Shown: positions 62,768 through 64,000 of the stretch, piece after piece
Position numbering within the stretch: the stretch's first letter is position 1
How the letters are laid out: every line of letters starts with the position of its first letter
NCBI GenBank assembly: GCA_050174915.1
Contig: JBFXJL010000008.1
Location: forward strand, 11,990 to 75,989
DNA: 64,000 nucleotides
From: Elusimicrobiales bacterium
Lineage (GTDB): Bacteria; Elusimicrobiota; Elusimicrobia; Elusimicrobiales; UBA9959
Reading direction: 5' to 3'
The notes under the pieces: model-generated
Databases searched by the model: none
What the model was told of the DNA's origin: nothing
Seen by the model: only the letters and a program-made list of their open reading frames with translations
Translations under genes and position numbers: made by a program

Positions 62768-64000
62768 ATGACCCGCTCCCTCCTCCTTTTTCTGCTGCTG
62801 CAGCTGGCCGCCGCGCCTGCCGCGCTGGGCCTGGACCAGGCCCTGGCCGCCAGGCTGCGGGTGCTGAGCGCGGAAACCTTCCTGGACGCCATCGCTTACG
62901 AGCTGCGCAAGGACCCCGCCGCCAGGCCGGCGCTGGAAGCGCTGGCGCCGGGCGCCGCCTCAATGGCCGCGGCCGGGACCGCGGCCACGCAGGCCGCCCT
63001 GTTCGACGCGGCGGCGGACCTGCTGCCCCTCGACGGCCTGCCGCCGGAAGGCAGGGCCGCAGCGGCAAGCGCCATAGCGGAGGCCCGGGCCTACCTCGCC
63101 CCCGCCGGCCTGCCCGCCTGGCTGGAGAGCCCGCTGCCGGAGAAAAGAACGCCCCCGCCGGGCCTGGCCGTTCACCGAGGCGGGGCCCCTGAAATCTCAG
63201 CCGCGAACCCGGCGGACCTGCGCTGGAAGGACGCCGACGGCTACGCCGCCTCGCGCCTGGGCCCACTGGCCGCCGTGCTCGACGGGCTTGGCCCGCGCGA
63301 CCGCATAGTATTATCCAACCTGCCGCCCGGGCGCCTGCCCGGGCGCGTGCTGGGCCGTGGCCGCCTGCTCTCGCTCAATCTGCCGGTGAGCGGCTATGCC
63401 AAAACTCTCTGGCTGCTGGAAGGCGCCGGCGGGCGCCGCACGCTGCTGCTGGGCGACTTCCACGGGGCGTCCTTCCTGCGCCACTTCGAACTGCTGATCA
63501 AGCGCCGCTACGCCGGCAGAAAAGCCCCGGCCATAACAGTGGCGGAAGACCGCGCCGCCTACGAGCCTTATTACCGGGCGCTGACCGCCCTGCGCGCCGC
63601 CAACCCGGGAACCCTCGACGGACTGGAAGGCCTGGCGGCCGGCTACGCCGAGTCCTTCCGGCTCTACTGGAGTTCCTATTCTGTTTCCTCCGCGGCCGAT
63701 CCCGCCGGCGACTGGCGGGTGGATACTTACAGGCCGCCCGGCGCCGGCCTGTGGGGCGTGATCAGCGCCCGCTCCTCCTACTACGGCGAAACCCTGGGCA
63801 TGAATCTCCGCTACCTGGTGGAGGAATCCACCGGCATAAGGACCGTGCTGATAGCCGGCTCCGGCGGCTCGCTGGACCCTCGGCCGCTCTACAGCATCAC
63901 CTACCCGTCGCATGTGCTCACCCCCGGCGGACGGCCGGTGCCCAACGCGCTGGCCTCTCAGGCCGACTACACGGCGCATGTCAGCGTGCACTCGCCGCTG
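62768..64000 (+). CDS. secreted hypothetical protein, 3'-truncated by the window end
   Basis: ATG at 62768. Signal peptide MTRSLLLFLLLQLAAAPAALG. I translated 411 codons by hand and found no stop. Absent from the supplied track because it has no stop in the window. Confidence 0.6.
   Translation, partial: MTRSLLLFLLLQLAAAPAALGLDQALAARLRVLSAETFLDAIAYELRKDPAARPALEALAPGAASMAAAGTAATQAALFDAAADLLPLDGLPPEGRAAAASAIAEARAYLAPAGLPAWLESPLPEKRTPPPGLAVHRGGAPEISAANPADLRWKDADGYAASRLGPLAAVLDGLGPRDRIVLSNLPPGRLPGRVLGRGRLLSLNLPVSGYAKTLWLLEGAGGRRTLLLGDFHGASFLRHFELLIKRRYAGRKAPAITVAEDRAAYEPYYRALTALRAANPGTLDGLEGLAAGYAESFRLYWSSYSVSSAADPAGDWRVDTYRPPGAGLWGVISARSSYYGETLGMNLRYLVEESTGIRTVLIAGSGGSLDPRPLYSITYPSHVLTPGGRPVPNALASQADYTAHVSVHSPL

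Noticed and set aside
61197-63266. A 689-aa minus-strand ORF spanning the glutamine synthetase gene and the next gene.
   Set aside because: The plus-strand frames encode a recognisable glutamine synthetase and a signal-peptide protein. The minus-strand product is Arg/Pro/Gly/Ala-rich low-complexity sequence, the usual GC-rich shadow ORF. The same reasoning applies to the other listed shadow ORFs (1236..2039, 2537..3370, 3556..4422, 12711..13526, 14084..15313, 22829..24151, 25626..26912, 31690..33051, 37238..38305, 41362..42879, 45007..47001, 49755..51170 and others).
1-64000. A search by eye for CRISPR arrays, tRNA/rRNA/tmRNA/RNase P genes, transposases, integrons, reverse transcriptases and large direct repeats.
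   Set aside because: No regularly spaced repeats were seen. No intergenic gap exceeds about 280 nt, and no gap showed cloverleaf-like or conserved ncRNA motifs. The only recombinase is a XerD-type gene in a housekeeping context. Small ncRNAs cannot be excluded without covariance-model searches (Infernal/Rfam, tRNAscan-SE).

Overview
This is a GC-rich, gene-dense bacterial chromosomal segment in which AT-rich stretches occur only at promoters and terminators. I call about 59 protein-coding genes. Reading by eye, I found no rRNA, tRNA, CRISPR array, transposase or clear prophage. Recognisable content, in order: a sigma-54-dependent response regulator; an M16 peptidase pair; rpmB; two tandem giant coiled-coil proteins; a polyamine cluster (homospermidine synthase, ODC-type decarboxylase, pyruvoyl arginine decarboxylase, agmatinase); a tightly coupled operon of binding protein, MTA nucleosidase, hybrid histidine kinase and small membrane protein; recA-xerD with a divergent lexA-like gene; a SWIB-domain protein; glgB; rsmH followed by an eRF1-like (baeRF) protein; a GH13 amylase; a long minus-strand cluster (nfeD, clpC, beta-lactamase-like, U32, yaeQ); an alanine aminotransferase; htrA; yceH; zupT; FKBP; a nitroreductase; gsk; two YjbQ paralogs; and a glutamine synthetase family gene. 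The most unusual items are: (1) the 1054-aa and 970-aa tandem coiled-coil paralogs; (2) a 59-aa stand-alone H-box/DHp-like mini-ORF coupled to the sigma-54 activator; (3) the binding-protein/MTAN/hybrid-kinase operon; (4) rsmH outside a dcw context next to an eRF1-like protein; (5) recA coupled to xerD, with a basic C-terminal tail and a repeated GCCTGTCGGG motif in the recA/lexA control region. All functional calls rest on motif and family recognition by eye. No database search was run.
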